The notes below the pieces were generated by a model. The model saw only the letters and a list, made by a program, of their open reading frames with translations. It had not been told where the DNA came from and did no database searches. DNA of 64,000 nucleotides from Candidatus Zixiibacteriota bacterium (GTDB taxonomy: Bacteria > Zixibacteria > MSB-5A5 > WJJR01 > JAJRUJ01), in assembly GCA_024277855.1 (NCBI GenBank), contig JAJRUJ010000060.1, forward strand, positions 5,948 to 69,947. Reading direction: 5' to 3'. Both the position numbers and the translations under genes were made by a program. Below, in pieces: positions 1 through 10,006 of this stretch; position 1 is the stretch's first letter, and every line of letters begins with the position of its first letter.

Positions 1-33
1 ACCGCCCATCGGATCGAGGATGCGGCATGGCCG

Positions 34-879
34 ATGGGCTGGGATCAGTCCGGGGAACGTGGACAAGGTAAATCACACAATAAATTATTTTTCGTCTGGC
101 GCGAGTATATTATCTCTAATATTGTCTGTGTTCTGTTAATCGCGGCGTTGATTATCAGCGCGATCGGCCGGGTGGCCCGGCAACATCGCCATGCTTTTGT
201 CTGGCGGATAAATGTGATTATCAAGCGAACCTTTGATATTTGCGCCTCGATACTTGGACTACTGCTGGCGGCGCCGGTGTTCCTGCTCCTGCCGATATTG
301 ATCAAACTCGATTCGCCGGGGCCCGTATTTTTCCGGCAGTTGCGTGTCGGAGTTAACCGGCGTAAAGGCGACCGTCGGCGGACCGACGTCCGCTCATCAA
401 TCGAACGGCGGAATAATGACCGGCGTAAACAGGACTCGCATGGCCGTCCGTTTGCCATCATCAAATTCCGTTCGATGGTCCAGGATGCCGAGCGAAAATG
501 CGGGCCGGTTTGGGCTACTGATAACGATCCACGGATTACTCGCCTCGGCGCGTTTATCCGCAAGACCCGGCTCGACGAACTACCCCAGTTGTTTAATGTT
601 TTGCGTGGTGAGATGAGTCTGGTCGGGCCGCGTCCTGAACGGCCGTTTTTTGTCGAGCAGCTCTCACAGGAAGTTCCCGGGTTTCTCGATCGCCTGAGCG
701 TGACACCAGGGATCACCGGCCTGGCCCAGATTAAAAATGGTTATGATACATCGGTTGAAGCCGTCCACCACAAAGTGAGATACGATCTGTCATACATTCG
801 GGGCTGGACACCGCTTAAGGACTTCAAGATCCTGTTTGCGACGATTATGGTCGTCCTGACCGGACGCGGGGCCTGCTAA
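34..879 (+). CDS. Bacterial sugar transferase (Bac_transf; polyprenyl-phosphate glycosyl-1-phosphate transferase, PglC/WbaP C-terminal type). N-terminus may lie upstream of the window.
   Basis: One N-terminal TM helix followed by FFRQLRVG ... KFRSM ... DELPQLFNVLRGEMSLVGPRPERP, the hallmark of Bac_transf enzymes. A 28-aa Arg/Asp-rich insert sits between the QxRVG and KFRSM motifs. Confidence 0.8.
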   Translation: MGWDQSGERGQGKSHNKLFFVWREYIISNIVCVLLIAALIISAIGRVARQHRHAFVWRINVIIKRTFDICASILGLLLAAPVFLLLPILIKLDSPGPVFFRQLRVGVNRRKGDRRRTDVRSSIERRNNDRRKQDSHGRPFAIIKFRSMVQDAERKCGPVWATDNDPRITRLGAFIRKTRLDELPQLFNVLRGEMSLVGPRPERPFFVEQLSQEVPGFLDRLSVTPGITGLAQIKNGYDTSVEAVHHKVRYDLSYIRGWTPLKDFKILFATIMVVLTGRGAC

Positions 880-921
880 TCCAATATTGGCGCGGGAATC
901 ATCGAATTTTCAACGATAATG

Positions 922-949
922 GGCCGGACCGGTGGGTCCGGCTTTTTTA
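922..949 (+). terminator. Rho-independent terminator after the sugar transferase gene
   Basis: Hairpin CCGGACC-GGTG-GGTCCGG (924-941) followed by CTTTTTTAT. Confidence 0.6.
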
Positions 950-1076
950 TGGCCCGGGGCAGGGGAGACGCGAAAAAATCTTGTTGCGGTGGCCGGTCTG
1001 GACTATTTTACCGAAAATATATTCGGCATGATGCCGTAAGGGGAACGTACGACCACTGAGGCGAAAGGGAATTCGC

Positions 1077-1778
1077 GTGAATATTTTCTTTCGAGTAGCA
1101 ATAACTCTTCTTGTCTTCGCGCCGGCAGCATACGCGCAGACAGTCACCATCACTTCAGTTCCGGGCAATTGTACTGTTTATCTCTCCGGGGAGATCGACC
1201 TGGTCACCACCACTCCGGCTACGATCACCGAACAGTTGGCCGGGACTTTCATCGTGCGTGCTGTTCGTCCGGGTTATGAGGACTGGGTTTCGACGGTTGT
1301 TTTTTCGCCGAACACCGACCGCAATCTGGTCATCGAACTCTCTCCAAAGACACGCGCAAAAGCCGCGCTCCGTTCGCTGATCATTCCCGGCTGGGGGCAA
1401 TACTATTCCGGCGAGAAAACGCGGAGTTTCCTTTGGGGGCTTGCCGCACTCTCGACCGGCGTGGTTGCCGGAGTATACGAGAGCCGTTATCGAGATTATA
1501 AGGCCGACTGGATCGATGGCAAAGACCGGTTCGACAATGCCGGAACGGTTGCCGAAAAGGAACGGCTCCGCGCTGAGGTCATGCGCCTCCAGGATCGGGC
1601 TTACGACGCCGAGACCGACCGCCGCTGGGCCTGGGGGCTGGTCGGTGGGGTCTGGGCAACCAATGTTCTCGATGCGTTGGTCTTTTTCCCCGAGGAAAAG
1701 CGCTTTGCCGGCGGCATTTTGGGGGTCAAACCCGCCCCGGACGGCAGTTCGTTGCTCACTCTGACTTTCACTTATTAA
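1077..1778 (+). CDS. Secreted/membrane protein: signal peptide + PEGA domain + C-terminal 'PGWGQYYSG' membrane module (DUF5683-like)
   Basis: Signal peptide LLVFAPAAYAQ. PEGA-like segment VTITSVPGNCTVYLSGE...FIVRAVRPGYEDW. C-terminal IIPGWGQYYSGEKTRSFLWGLAALSTGVVAGVY is shared with the ORFs at 36981 and 37998. Confidence 0.6.
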   Translation: MNIFFRVAITLLVFAPAAYAQTVTITSVPGNCTVYLSGEIDLVTTTPATITEQLAGTFIVRAVRPGYEDWVSTVVFSPNTDRNLVIELSPKTRAKAALRSLIIPGWGQYYSGEKTRSFLWGLAALSTGVVAGVYESRYRDYKADWIDGKDRFDNAGTVAEKERLRAEVMRLQDRAYDAETDRRWAWGLVGGVWATNVLDALVFFPEEKRFAGGILGVKPAPDGSSLLTLTFTY

Positions 1779-1792
1779 AGCTATAGGGTAGG

Positions 1793-3649
1793 ATGATGAA
1801 ATATTACAGGTGGCGTAAAATCGGTCTGACATTCGGAGCGATGGCTCTGGCCTTAACCGCATTGCTGATTTCGTCGTGTTCGCGGACGCTTGAGCGGCCG
1901 ACCGATTCTGAGTACCTGATTGACGCACCGGCAACACCGGCCTCAATCTCGGTATCTGTCGGTGACCAGACCGTGCAATTGCAGTGGAACGTCGTAACCT
2001 CTGCTGTCAAATACCGGGTCTACCGCGCGGATACTTCGGCGTCGTCGTTCCGGGTCTATGATTCGACGACTGCCGAATCTTTTGCCGACCTGAATGTCGC
2101 TAACAACGTGACCTATTTCTATCGTATCGCCTCGGTCTCCTCGGGGGGCTTGGAGGGCGTGCAATCGCCTTCGGTTTCGGCCCGTCCCGGCGTGTTTTCG
2201 GTGGCGGTCAATGATGATCGTGAATACACAAATTCGCTATCGGTAACCCTGTCGTTAACCGCACCCAGTCAATCGTCGACTGTCCGCCTCTCCAACTCGC
2301 CCAACCTGACCGATCGGCCCTGGGTCAGTTTTGCGACGACCCGTAATTGGGAGCTTGAAGCGGGGGACGGTGTCAAGACCGTGTATGCCGAGTTCAGCGA
2401 TCCCTCGGGAGCAATTTCCCTGGGTACGGTTTCCGATGATATAATCCTCGATACGCGCGCGGTCATCGATTCGGTGACCGAAAACTCCGGGGGTGAAATC
2501 CTCAGCGTTGGCGATAAAGTGTTGTTGACGGTGGCGGCAGGCGAAACCGACGGCAAGGCGTCGGTACAAATCCAGAATTTCAACCTGGCCTGTTACGACG
2601 ACGGCACGAATGGAGATGCGGTTGCCGGGGACGGCACCTATTCGCATCTCTGGACCGTTCCGAGCGAGGCGGATTTTGTAGCCGAAACACCGGTAGGGCG
2701 TTTTACCGACCGTGCCGGCAACAAGGCCGCCGACCTGGCCGCGCAGACGTTGATCTCTGCCGAGCAGGCGCCGGAGCAAGTGACCTTATTCGCTTTTGCC
2801 GAATCGGAAGCGCGGATCTCGCTGTCGTGGACCCAGTCTGACGCCGACGATTTTGGTTTTTATCGCGTGTTTCGCGCCGAAGACGCGCAGGTCAGCGACG
2901 CCTCGACTATGGTATATTCAACCAGTGTCCAGACGGTGACCTCGTATATCGACACCGGCCTGACGTCGTTGACGACCTACTATTACCGGGTATACGTTTA
3001 CGACAATTCAGGGCTTTTGGCCCCCTCGGCGACCGTTGCTGTACAAACCGAGGAAAACTCGGCGCCGGAGGCCGTGATTGTTTCGACGCCCGATGATCTT
3101 GACGACACCAGTCTCCGGCTCAGTTGGTCTCAATCGACTGAGGAGGATTTTGCGTCATACCGTCTCTACCGCGCCGAAACCGACACACGCGTCGGGGCGG
3201 TCCTGGTGACGATTATCAGTAACCGAAACACGACGACCTACACCGATGATAATCTCGATCTGGCGACAACATCATACTATTACTGGGTTACTGTTTATGA
3301 TCGCGGCGGGTTGTCGACCGACTCGGATGTTGCCTCCTGGGTGCCCAGCGCGGAACTGCCGGTGGCCGTGACCGTGGCCTTGCCTCAGGCGGTTGACGAT
3401 ACGACGAGTGTCCGGATATCCTGGAGCGCCTCCAAGATCGAGTATTTTGACCAATACCAGGTACTGCGTTCCGAAACCAACAATATGAGCAATGCCGGAG
3501 TCATTGCAATTGTCACCAATAGCAGTGAGACAGAATATGTCGACGGTGACGGTAATTTCAAAGAGACGGCATTCTATTATTGGGTAGTCGTCTATGACCT
3601 CATCGGACAATCTGCCGCATCGGCATCGGTGCTGTGGGATCCAAATTGA
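1793..3649 (+). CDS. Lipoprotein with about five fibronectin type III-like repeats
   Basis: Lipobox LISSCS. Repeated modules VQLQWN..YRVYRA..YFYRIASVS, ISLSWTQ..YRVFRA..YYYRVYVYD, LRLSWSQ..YRLYRA..YYYWVTVYD and VRISWSAS..YQVLRS..FYYWVVVYD. Confidence 0.65.
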   Translation: MMKYYRWRKIGLTFGAMALALTALLISSCSRTLERPTDSEYLIDAPATPASISVSVGDQTVQLQWNVVTSAVKYRVYRADTSASSFRVYDSTTAESFADLNVANNVTYFYRIASVSSGGLEGVQSPSVSARPGVFSVAVNDDREYTNSLSVTLSLTAPSQSSTVRLSNSPNLTDRPWVSFATTRNWELEAGDGVKTVYAEFSDPSGAISLGTVSDDIILDTRAVIDSVTENSGGEILSVGDKVLLTVAAGETDGKASVQIQNFNLACYDDGTNGDAVAGDGTYSHLWTVPSEADFVAETPVGRFTDRAGNKAADLAAQTLISAEQAPEQVTLFAFAESEARISLSWTQSDADDFGFYRVFRAEDAQVSDASTMVYSTSVQTVTSYIDTGLTSLTTYYYRVYVYDNSGLLAPSATVAVQTEENSAPEAVIVSTPDDLDDTSLRLSWSQSTEEDFASYRLYRAETDTRVGAVLVTIISNRNTTTYTDDNLDLATTSYYYWVTVYDRGGLSTDSDVASWVPSAELPVAVTVALPQAVDDTTSVRISWSASKIEYFDQYQVLRSETNNMSNAGVIAIVTNSSETEYVDGDGNFKETAFYYWVVVYDLIGQSAASASVLWDPN

Positions 3650-3679
3650 TCTTGTGAAGCGCCGAATGGAGTTGGATAT

Positions 3680-4513
3680 ATGCTCGAATCGCTCAATAGG
3701 TTTTTTGCCGCCTGGTTGTCGGCATTCAAATCGATGTTCTCACTGGGGGTTCTGGGATCATTTTTTCTGCTGGCCTTGACCCAGGGATTTGTCCTGTTCT
3801 GTCTGGTTATCGCGCCCTCGTCATCGTTTGGCGGAGTGCCGATCGAGATCTTGCGCTCCTGGTTCAGTCCGGCCGCGGGCCACTATCCCGAACATTTTGT
3901 TCTTCTCCCCTGGATGTTCTTTCGGCTTTCCATTATTGCCTATGGCTTGGTCGGTGTTTTGGCCTATGGTGTCGCCACCGGCGCATTCTCGCGCAAGTTT
4001 ATCGGCCGCTGGGAATATGAGGGGTCTCTGCTTGGGGCGGTGACCAGTCGGTATCTGCCGTTGATGATCGTCTGGGCGGTCACTACGGCCATCGCCTTTG
4101 CAATATTTTCCAATATCCCCGGCTGGTTCGCCGACTGGACTTTTGGCAGTCCGCGCCGGGTGATCTTTATTGAAACGCTCACCGGTGCGGGGGTTGTGGG
4201 GTTTATGTCGATTTTTGCCTATACCACAGTGGCCCTGGTGATTGACCGGCTGCCGTTTTTGGCCGCGGTTCGGACGAGTGCGCGGCAGTTTGTCGCCCAT
4301 CCGCTGGCGACATTCTTCCTGTTGGGTATCCCATATTTGATCACCGTGCCGTTTTCCATGATCGCCTCGAAGTCGGAATTAATCGCCACTAAATTCCGGC
4401 CGGAAACGGTGATTTATGCCCTGGTCGTAGTCATCCTCGTCCAGTTTTTCGCCAATATCATGACCTGTGGTCCGGTGACCCATTACTATCTCAGCGAACC
4501 GTCGCGGGAGTAA
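3680..4513 (+). CDS. Polytopic inner-membrane protein, function unknown
   Basis: About 6 or more hydrophobic helices. No recognisable catalytic motif. Sits between the Fn3 lipoprotein and the sensor kinase. Confidence 0.5.
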   Translation: MLESLNRFFAAWLSAFKSMFSLGVLGSFFLLALTQGFVLFCLVIAPSSSFGGVPIEILRSWFSPAAGHYPEHFVLLPWMFFRLSIIAYGLVGVLAYGVATGAFSRKFIGRWEYEGSLLGAVTSRYLPLMIVWAVTTAIAFAIFSNIPGWFADWTFGSPRRVIFIETLTGAGVVGFMSIFAYTTVALVIDRLPFLAAVRTSARQFVAHPLATFFLLGIPYLITVPFSMIASKSELIATKFRPETVIYALVVVILVQFFANIMTCGPVTHYYLSEPSRE

Positions 4514-4543
4514 ACTCTTCTGCGGCCGATTCAGACTGACGTC

Positions 4544-6667
4544 ATGGCTCATTCCATTCAGGTAACCGGCCTTGTCCTGATGGGGCTGTCGATTGCAGTT
4601 GCCGGCTGGGTGGCCCTGCGCACTCGTGGGTACAGGAAGGTTGGCCGGGAACAAACGCTGGCCGGGGCGCTGAATGTGTTATCCCTTTTGGCCGGATTGT
4701 TTGCGCTCGGCGCCGGTCTATTGCTCTTGCCGCGATTCCTCTGGCTGGGTGAACTGCTCGTCGTCATCGTCGGTCCGCTGATTCCGGTCGGCTGGGCCTG
4801 GCTTGGACAGCGTCTGCTGGCCGCACCCGATGCTATCCCGTCGTCGGCACGGAGACGATTGGGATTGGGGTTGGGCATCGCGATCATCGTGGCCGCGGCG
4901 ATTTTTGTCGTCCGACCCATTCTTTCACAACAGGTTTGGTACATCGAGACCGGCGAACGCTGGCTGTTTTTCATTCTCCTGTTATTTGCCGCCTGGGCGA
5001 TGTCCTACTTCGAGCGTGCCTACCGCTGGTCCGGCGTGCGGTTGCGCAAAAAAATGGCTTGGTTGCGCATCAATTTGGCGGTGATGTTTACTCTGTGGAT
5101 TGCCGCCACCGGGGAAGTCTTTTTTTGGGCGCGGCTGCATATATTGTGGTTGTTGCCGTTGGCTCTTATGCAGGTAATGTCATTGGTGGCCTTATATCGT
5201 TTCCTGCGTGTCCGCGCCGAGGAAGAACTGCCGCTGTCTTTCACCCGTCGCGCGGCGTATACGTCGGTAGTCGTTATTATCCTCGGCGTCTATCTGTTAT
5301 TCCTGGGTGTGATCGGCGAGGTAATCCGGTTGGTCGGCGGCGACCTCGAGACCTATCTTTCAGTACTTGCCGCATTTATGGCCGTACTGCTCCTGTCGTT
5401 ATTGATCGTCCTGCCGTCGGTTGGTCGTCGGATCCGGCGGTTTGTCGACCGTCATCTCTACAAGGGCCGAATCGATTTTGCCGCCGAATGGACCAAAATT
5501 ACCGACCAGATTTCCGGGATTCTTGATTTACCCACTTTGGTGAAAACTGTCGCCGGCTTTCTGGAAGAGGCGTTTTCCGAAAAAGTATATGTCTTTCTTC
5601 CTGTTCCCGGCGGGAGTGAGTTAGGATTATACTATCCATTTGGCAGACAGTTTGAACGAACCGTCCCGGTCGAGGGGGAAGCTGCCGACTGGCTCTGGCG
5701 GCTGGGCGAACCGATCGCCCTTGCGACCTGGGAAAAACAAATCACTTCCGTGGATGAGCAGGATACTCTCCGGGCGCTTGCCGCCGATTTAGGCGGCGCG
5801 ATTGCGGTTCCTTTACTGGCTCGACGGCGTTTCCTCGGTTTTGCCGTCCTGGGGGAGAGGCGTGATCGGCCGGACTATGACGACGAGGATTTTGAGTTCC
5901 TCTCGGCGATGGCTGGCCCGGTCGCTTTCGCCGTGTTGACCGGGCAAGTCTCTGAGGAACTTTTGGCCCGGCGGGAGATGGAATCATTTAACCGGTTGTC
6001 GACTTTCGTTGTTCATGATTTGAAAAATTCAGTGTCCATGCTCTCGATGTTGTTGCAGAATGCGCGTAAGCATATGAACGACCCAAAATTCCAGCAATCG
6101 GCTCTAAAGACGGTTGAAGATGCGGTCGCCCGGATGCAGCACCTGATCGGCAAACTCTCCGGGGGTCGCGATGTCCTGCGCCCGGCGGGTAAACCGGTTA
6201 ATCTTAACCGGTTTATTGAACAAATTGCCGCCGCCGCCGAGCTTCAATCGCATCCGCGCGTTGTATATTCACTGGCCGCCGGAGAAATACCGGCGGCAAT
6301 CGGCGATGCTGAGCACATCCGCCGGACGCTGGAAAATTTGATCGTTAACGCTGTTGAAGCGATGGGCCAGGGTGGAACGTTGACTGTCACGACCGACGCG
6401 CGCGAGGTCGATGGTAAGCAATGGGTGGCGGTCACCGTGGCTGACAGCGGCTGTGGAATGACCACCGAATTTATTTCCACCCGGTTGTTTAAACCGTTCG
6501 AATCGACCAAAAAAACCGGCCTCGGAATCGGCATGTACCAAATTAAAAAGATGGTCGAAGCCGACGATGGCCGAATTATGGTGACCAGCGAACCGGGTGT
6601 GGGGACGACATTTGAGGTCCTCTGGCCGGCTGATCAGGAAAACTCCCCGCCTGGTTGGGAGAAGTAA
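4544..6667 (+). CDS. Sensor histidine kinase with multi-TM N-terminus + GAF-like domain + HisKA/HATPase_c (PrsK-like, PEP-CTERM-system type kinase)
   Basis: N-terminal half has about 8 TM helices. H-box FVVHDLKNSVSMLSMLL. N box ENLIVNAVEA, G1 box VADSGCGM, G2 box GLGIGMYQIKKMV. Paired with a sigma-54 regulator immediately downstream. Confidence 0.85.
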   Translation: MAHSIQVTGLVLMGLSIAVAGWVALRTRGYRKVGREQTLAGALNVLSLLAGLFALGAGLLLLPRFLWLGELLVVIVGPLIPVGWAWLGQRLLAAPDAIPSSARRRLGLGLGIAIIVAAAIFVVRPILSQQVWYIETGERWLFFILLLFAAWAMSYFERAYRWSGVRLRKKMAWLRINLAVMFTLWIAATGEVFFWARLHILWLLPLALMQVMSLVALYRFLRVRAEEELPLSFTRRAAYTSVVVIILGVYLLFLGVIGEVIRLVGGDLETYLSVLAAFMAVLLLSLLIVLPSVGRRIRRFVDRHLYKGRIDFAAEWTKITDQISGILDLPTLVKTVAGFLEEAFSEKVYVFLPVPGGSELGLYYPFGRQFERTVPVEGEAADWLWRLGEPIALATWEKQITSVDEQDTLRALAADLGGAIAVPLLARRRFLGFAVLGERRDRPDYDDEDFEFLSAMAGPVAFAVLTGQVSEELLARREMESFNRLSTFVVHDLKNSVSMLSMLLQNARKHMNDPKFQQSALKTVEDAVARMQHLIGKLSGGRDVLRPAGKPVNLNRFIEQIAAAAELQSHPRVVYSLAAGEIPAAIGDAEHIRRTLENLIVNAVEAMGQGGTLTVTTDAREVDGKQWVAVTVADSGCGMTTEFISTRLFKPFESTKKTGLGIGMYQIKKMVEADDGRIMVTSEPGVGTTFEVLWPADQENSPPGWEK

Positions 6668-6785
6668 ATACGGTTCTTTCGTCTGACCGGCCGATATGGT
6701 ATATTATAATCTTAGTCGGTCGCTGGTGAAATCGATTTCCAGATTGTTGGTTCTCTGTCCTTTTTCCGTCAGCGATGAGAAGTTT

Positions 6786-8159
6786 ATGGATCAGAGTACG
6801 GTATTAATTATTGACGATGACAGCGGTATCCGGGACCAGTTACGCTGGGCATTGGAGAGTGATTATCGTGTCCTCGATGCCGCGTCGGCCGAGGATGGGG
6901 TTGCGCTCTGTCGGAGTGATAGGCCGGATCTCGTCTTATTGGATATCACCCTGTCTGAACATGAAACCGACCCTACCGGGCTGGACATTCTGCCCCGGCT
7001 GACCGAATCAGATCCTTTTCGCAAGATCATTGTCGTCTCCGGCTCGACCAATCAGGTGCATCCACTCGATGCCGTCGAACGGGGCGCTGTCGATTATTAC
7101 CAAAAGCCGATTGATCTCGATGAATTGAAAATAATCGTCGCTCGCGCGCTTTATATGCAGCATCTCGAACGCGAAAATAACGCGTACCGTGAACAATTGA
7201 CCGCTCAGGTGCGAATGGCCGACCTGCTTGGCGATTCGGCGCCGATGCAGGAAGTATTCCGGCTGATCGAAACTGTGGCGCCCACCGATTATACCGTGCT
7301 GATTACCGGCGCTTCGGGAACGGGGAAAGAACTGGTTGCCCGGGCCATCCATCAGCAAAGCGTCCGGGCCGACAAGCCGTTTGTGGCAATAAATTGCGGC
7401 GCGATCCCGGAGGAATTGCTCGAATCGGAGTTGTTTGGGCATGAAAAAGGCTCATTCACCGGGGCACAGTATAAAAAAGAAGGAAAATTCGAGACGGCCG
7501 ACACCGGTACGGTTTTTCTCGATGAGATCGGCGATCTCTCGGGCAAACTCCAGGTCAAACTCCTGCGCTTCCTGCAGGACCATACGATTGAACGAGTCGG
7601 CTCCAACAGCCAAATTGAACTCGATGTGCGTGTTTTGGCTGCGACCAACGCCGATCTGGAATCGGCAGTCAAGGAGAGGCGATTCCGGGAAGACCTCTTT
7701 TATCGCCTGTCGGTGATTAATGTCCGCCTGCCTGCGCTAAAAGACCGTGATGACGACATCCGACTGCTGGCAGAACATTTTCTCCATCAGTTTGTTCAGG
7801 AGAACAACAAAAAGCGGTTGAGTTTTTCGGCGGCGGCGCAGGAGGCGTTGGCCGCCTATGCCTGGCCCGGAAATGTCCGGGAGATGGAAAACCGGATTAA
7901 ACGGGCCGTGATTCTCTCGCAGGGGCCTAAAGTCGGGCCGACCGATCTGGGGTTGGAAGATGTCGATACCACCGATGTCTCGGCAACGCTCAATTTGGCG
8001 GTGGCGCGCGAAAATGCCGAGCGCAAGACAATAAACCGGGCGATGGCCCTCGTCTCGGGCAATGTCTCGCGAGCGGCCAAATTGCTTGGTGTTTCCCGCA
8101 CAACATTGTATTATCTCCTCGAAAAAATCGGCGCGGATAAACCCGGTCGCAAAGCATAA
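6786..8159 (+). CDS. Sigma-54-dependent response regulator (REC + AAA+ + Fis-type HTH), PrsR/NtrC-like
   Basis: REC with LVLLDITL. Walker A GASGTGKELVARAIH. ESELFGHEKGSFTGA (the GAFTGA loop). C-terminal HTH RAAKLLGVSRTTLYYLLEKIG. The in-frame ORF starts at 6696, but the Met at 6786 (MDQSTVLIIDDD) fits a REC N-terminus. Confidence 0.9.
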   Translation: MDQSTVLIIDDDSGIRDQLRWALESDYRVLDAASAEDGVALCRSDRPDLVLLDITLSEHETDPTGLDILPRLTESDPFRKIIVVSGSTNQVHPLDAVERGAVDYYQKPIDLDELKIIVARALYMQHLERENNAYREQLTAQVRMADLLGDSAPMQEVFRLIETVAPTDYTVLITGASGTGKELVARAIHQQSVRADKPFVAINCGAIPEELLESELFGHEKGSFTGAQYKKEGKFETADTGTVFLDEIGDLSGKLQVKLLRFLQDHTIERVGSNSQIELDVRVLAATNADLESAVKERRFREDLFYRLSVINVRLPALKDRDDDIRLLAEHFLHQFVQENNKKRLSFSAAAQEALAAYAWPGNVREMENRIKRAVILSQGPKVGPTDLGLEDVDTTDVSATLNLAVARENAERKTINRAMALVSGNVSRAAKLLGVSRTTLYYLLEKIGADKPGRKA

Positions 8160-8354
8160 CGGCGGCAAATCGCTGCCGGCTGTTCTCACCACTGTGTCGA
8201 TCCTGCACATTCGCTGTTTCTTTTTCGAATGCCGGCTTAGGCCCCGAACGATGTGCCTGCACTTAATTATCACCAATCCCCGCTGTGCAATAAAGGTTCA
8301 GCAGTACTCCGCCGACTTATAAAAAGGAAATGGTGTTGACGGTGGAGGTCTCCC

Positions 8355-9776
8355 GTGCTCAAACACATTCTCCTGGTTGACGACGATCCGGAGATTACCC
8401 AGGCGGTCGCGAATTACTTCGATCCCGCAGATTACAAGTTTCACACGCTGGCCGATGGGAATGATGTTCTCTCGGTACTGCCCCGGGTGCAAGCCGATTT
8501 AGTGCTTTTGGATGTTCACCTCCCGTCGGTTTCGGGCCTGGAAATTCTTAAAAACATCCGAGAGAATCACCCGCACCTCCCGGTTATTATTATTTCCGGT
8601 CAGGTCTCCACCGGCAATGCAATCGAGGCGATGCGCGAAGGTGCCTTCGAATACATCACCAAACCATTCCGGCTCGACAAATTGCAGACAGTCGTCGAAC
8701 GTGCGGTGGGGCAGGGACCGGTCCGTAAGACCCACCAGCGACCACCGCAGTTGACCGTCGAAGTCGACCAGTTGATCGGCCAGGCGCCGGAAATGGTCGA
8801 GATCGCCAAATTGATCGGTCAGGTTGCCCGCTCAGACGCTTCGGTGCTCGTTCTTGGCGAATCGGGGACAGGCAAAGAGTTGGTTGCCCGCGCGATCCAT
8901 CGGAATTCTCGTCGCGACAACGGTTCATTTATCTCGGTTAATTGTGCCGCATTGCCCGAAACCCTGCTCGAATCGGAGTTGTTCGGCCATGAACGGGGCG
9001 CATTCACCGGTGCGGTGAGCCGTAAACTCGGCCGTTTTGAACAGTGTGACAAAGGCACGATTTTCCTGGATGAGATTGCCGATATGACTCTGCTGACGCA
9101 GAGCAAAGTGTTGCGCGTCCTGCAGGAGCATGAGTTTGAACGTGTTGGCGGCCAGCATACCGTTCATGTTGATGTCCGGGTGATTGCCGCGACGAATAAG
9201 TCTTTAGTCGAGTGCATGAAAGAGGGCTCTTTCCGTGTCGATCTATTCTATCGCCTGAAAGTGGTCACGATTCACTTGCCGGCATTGCGAGAACGGCGCG
9301 CAGATATCCCGCAACTGACGGAATATTTTATCGATAAATATTCGCAGCAGGCACAGCGTGAGGTCAAACCGCTTTCGTCGGCCGCCCTCGACCTGATGAT
9401 GAAATACACCTGGCCGGGAAATGTCCGCGAATTGGAAAACGCCATCCATACGGCCGTTGTGCTTTCCAAAGAAGACCAGTTGATGCCCAGCGATTTTCCG
9501 CTGTTTGCCGAGGGCAGTGATGCACCCAGTCTTGACTATGAGCGGATTAAAAATGATTACAACAAGATGTTCGATTCGATAATCGGACCCATGTTTTCAC
9601 GGGTTATGGCCAATTGCGACGGCCATATCTACGCCGACATGGTTGCCGGCCTGGAACGGGCCTTGATTGCTTATGCTTTACGGGCCACAGATGACAACCA
9701 GGTCCAGGCGGCACAGGCCTTGGGCCTGTCCCGCAATACGTTACGAGACCGAATGAAAAAATATGGGATATTATAG
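8355..9776 (+). CDS. Sigma-54-dependent response regulator, PilR/NtrC-like, upstream of pilMNOPQ
   Basis: REC (ILLVDDDPEI...LVLLDVHLP), GESGTGKELVARAIH, ESELFGHERGAFTGA, C-terminal HTH AAQALGLSRNTLRDRMKKYGIL. Confidence 0.9.
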   Translation: MLKHILLVDDDPEITQAVANYFDPADYKFHTLADGNDVLSVLPRVQADLVLLDVHLPSVSGLEILKNIRENHPHLPVIIISGQVSTGNAIEAMREGAFEYITKPFRLDKLQTVVERAVGQGPVRKTHQRPPQLTVEVDQLIGQAPEMVEIAKLIGQVARSDASVLVLGESGTGKELVARAIHRNSRRDNGSFISVNCAALPETLLESELFGHERGAFTGAVSRKLGRFEQCDKGTIFLDEIADMTLLTQSKVLRVLQEHEFERVGGQHTVHVDVRVIAATNKSLVECMKEGSFRVDLFYRLKVVTIHLPALRERRADIPQLTEYFIDKYSQQAQREVKPLSSAALDLMMKYTWPGNVRELENAIHTAVVLSKEDQLMPSDFPLFAEGSDAPSLDYERIKNDYNKMFDSIIGPMFSRVMANCDGHIYADMVAGLERALIAYALRATDDNQVQAAQALGLSRNTLRDRMKKYGIL

Positions 9777-10006
9777 AGGCACAAGAAGTGGAGAGCAAGC
9801 AACCGTCACGCCGCAATGGTGCGAGGCGGCGGTATCAGCCGACAGGCCGGACCGGAAATGTTATTCGATACCGGCTAAGATTTACCTGACAATCAGCCGA
9901 CATAACAAAGAGTGGGCCGAAAGAGCCCTGTGATACTGGAGGTTTTGGCGGGTCGAGGGGTCTTCCCGCCCGAGCGAACTCAATCATTTAACTGGCGGTT
10001 CAAACG

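Noticed and set aside
45-716. 223-aa minus-strand ORF overlapping the sugar transferase gene, and many similar antisense ORFs throughout (e.g. 1155..1946, 12381..13106, 14131..14856, 16450..17325, 31314..31967)
   Set aside because: High-GC DNA produces long spurious antisense frames. These are Arg/Pro/Gly-rich with no motifs, and they overlap well-supported genes on the other strand.
9777-10006. Possible sigma-54 (-24/-12) promoter between the PilR-like regulator and pilM
   Set aside because: There is no TGGCAC-N5-TTGC(A/T) match. Only a GGCGGG...CCCGCC inverted repeat is present. Left unannotated.
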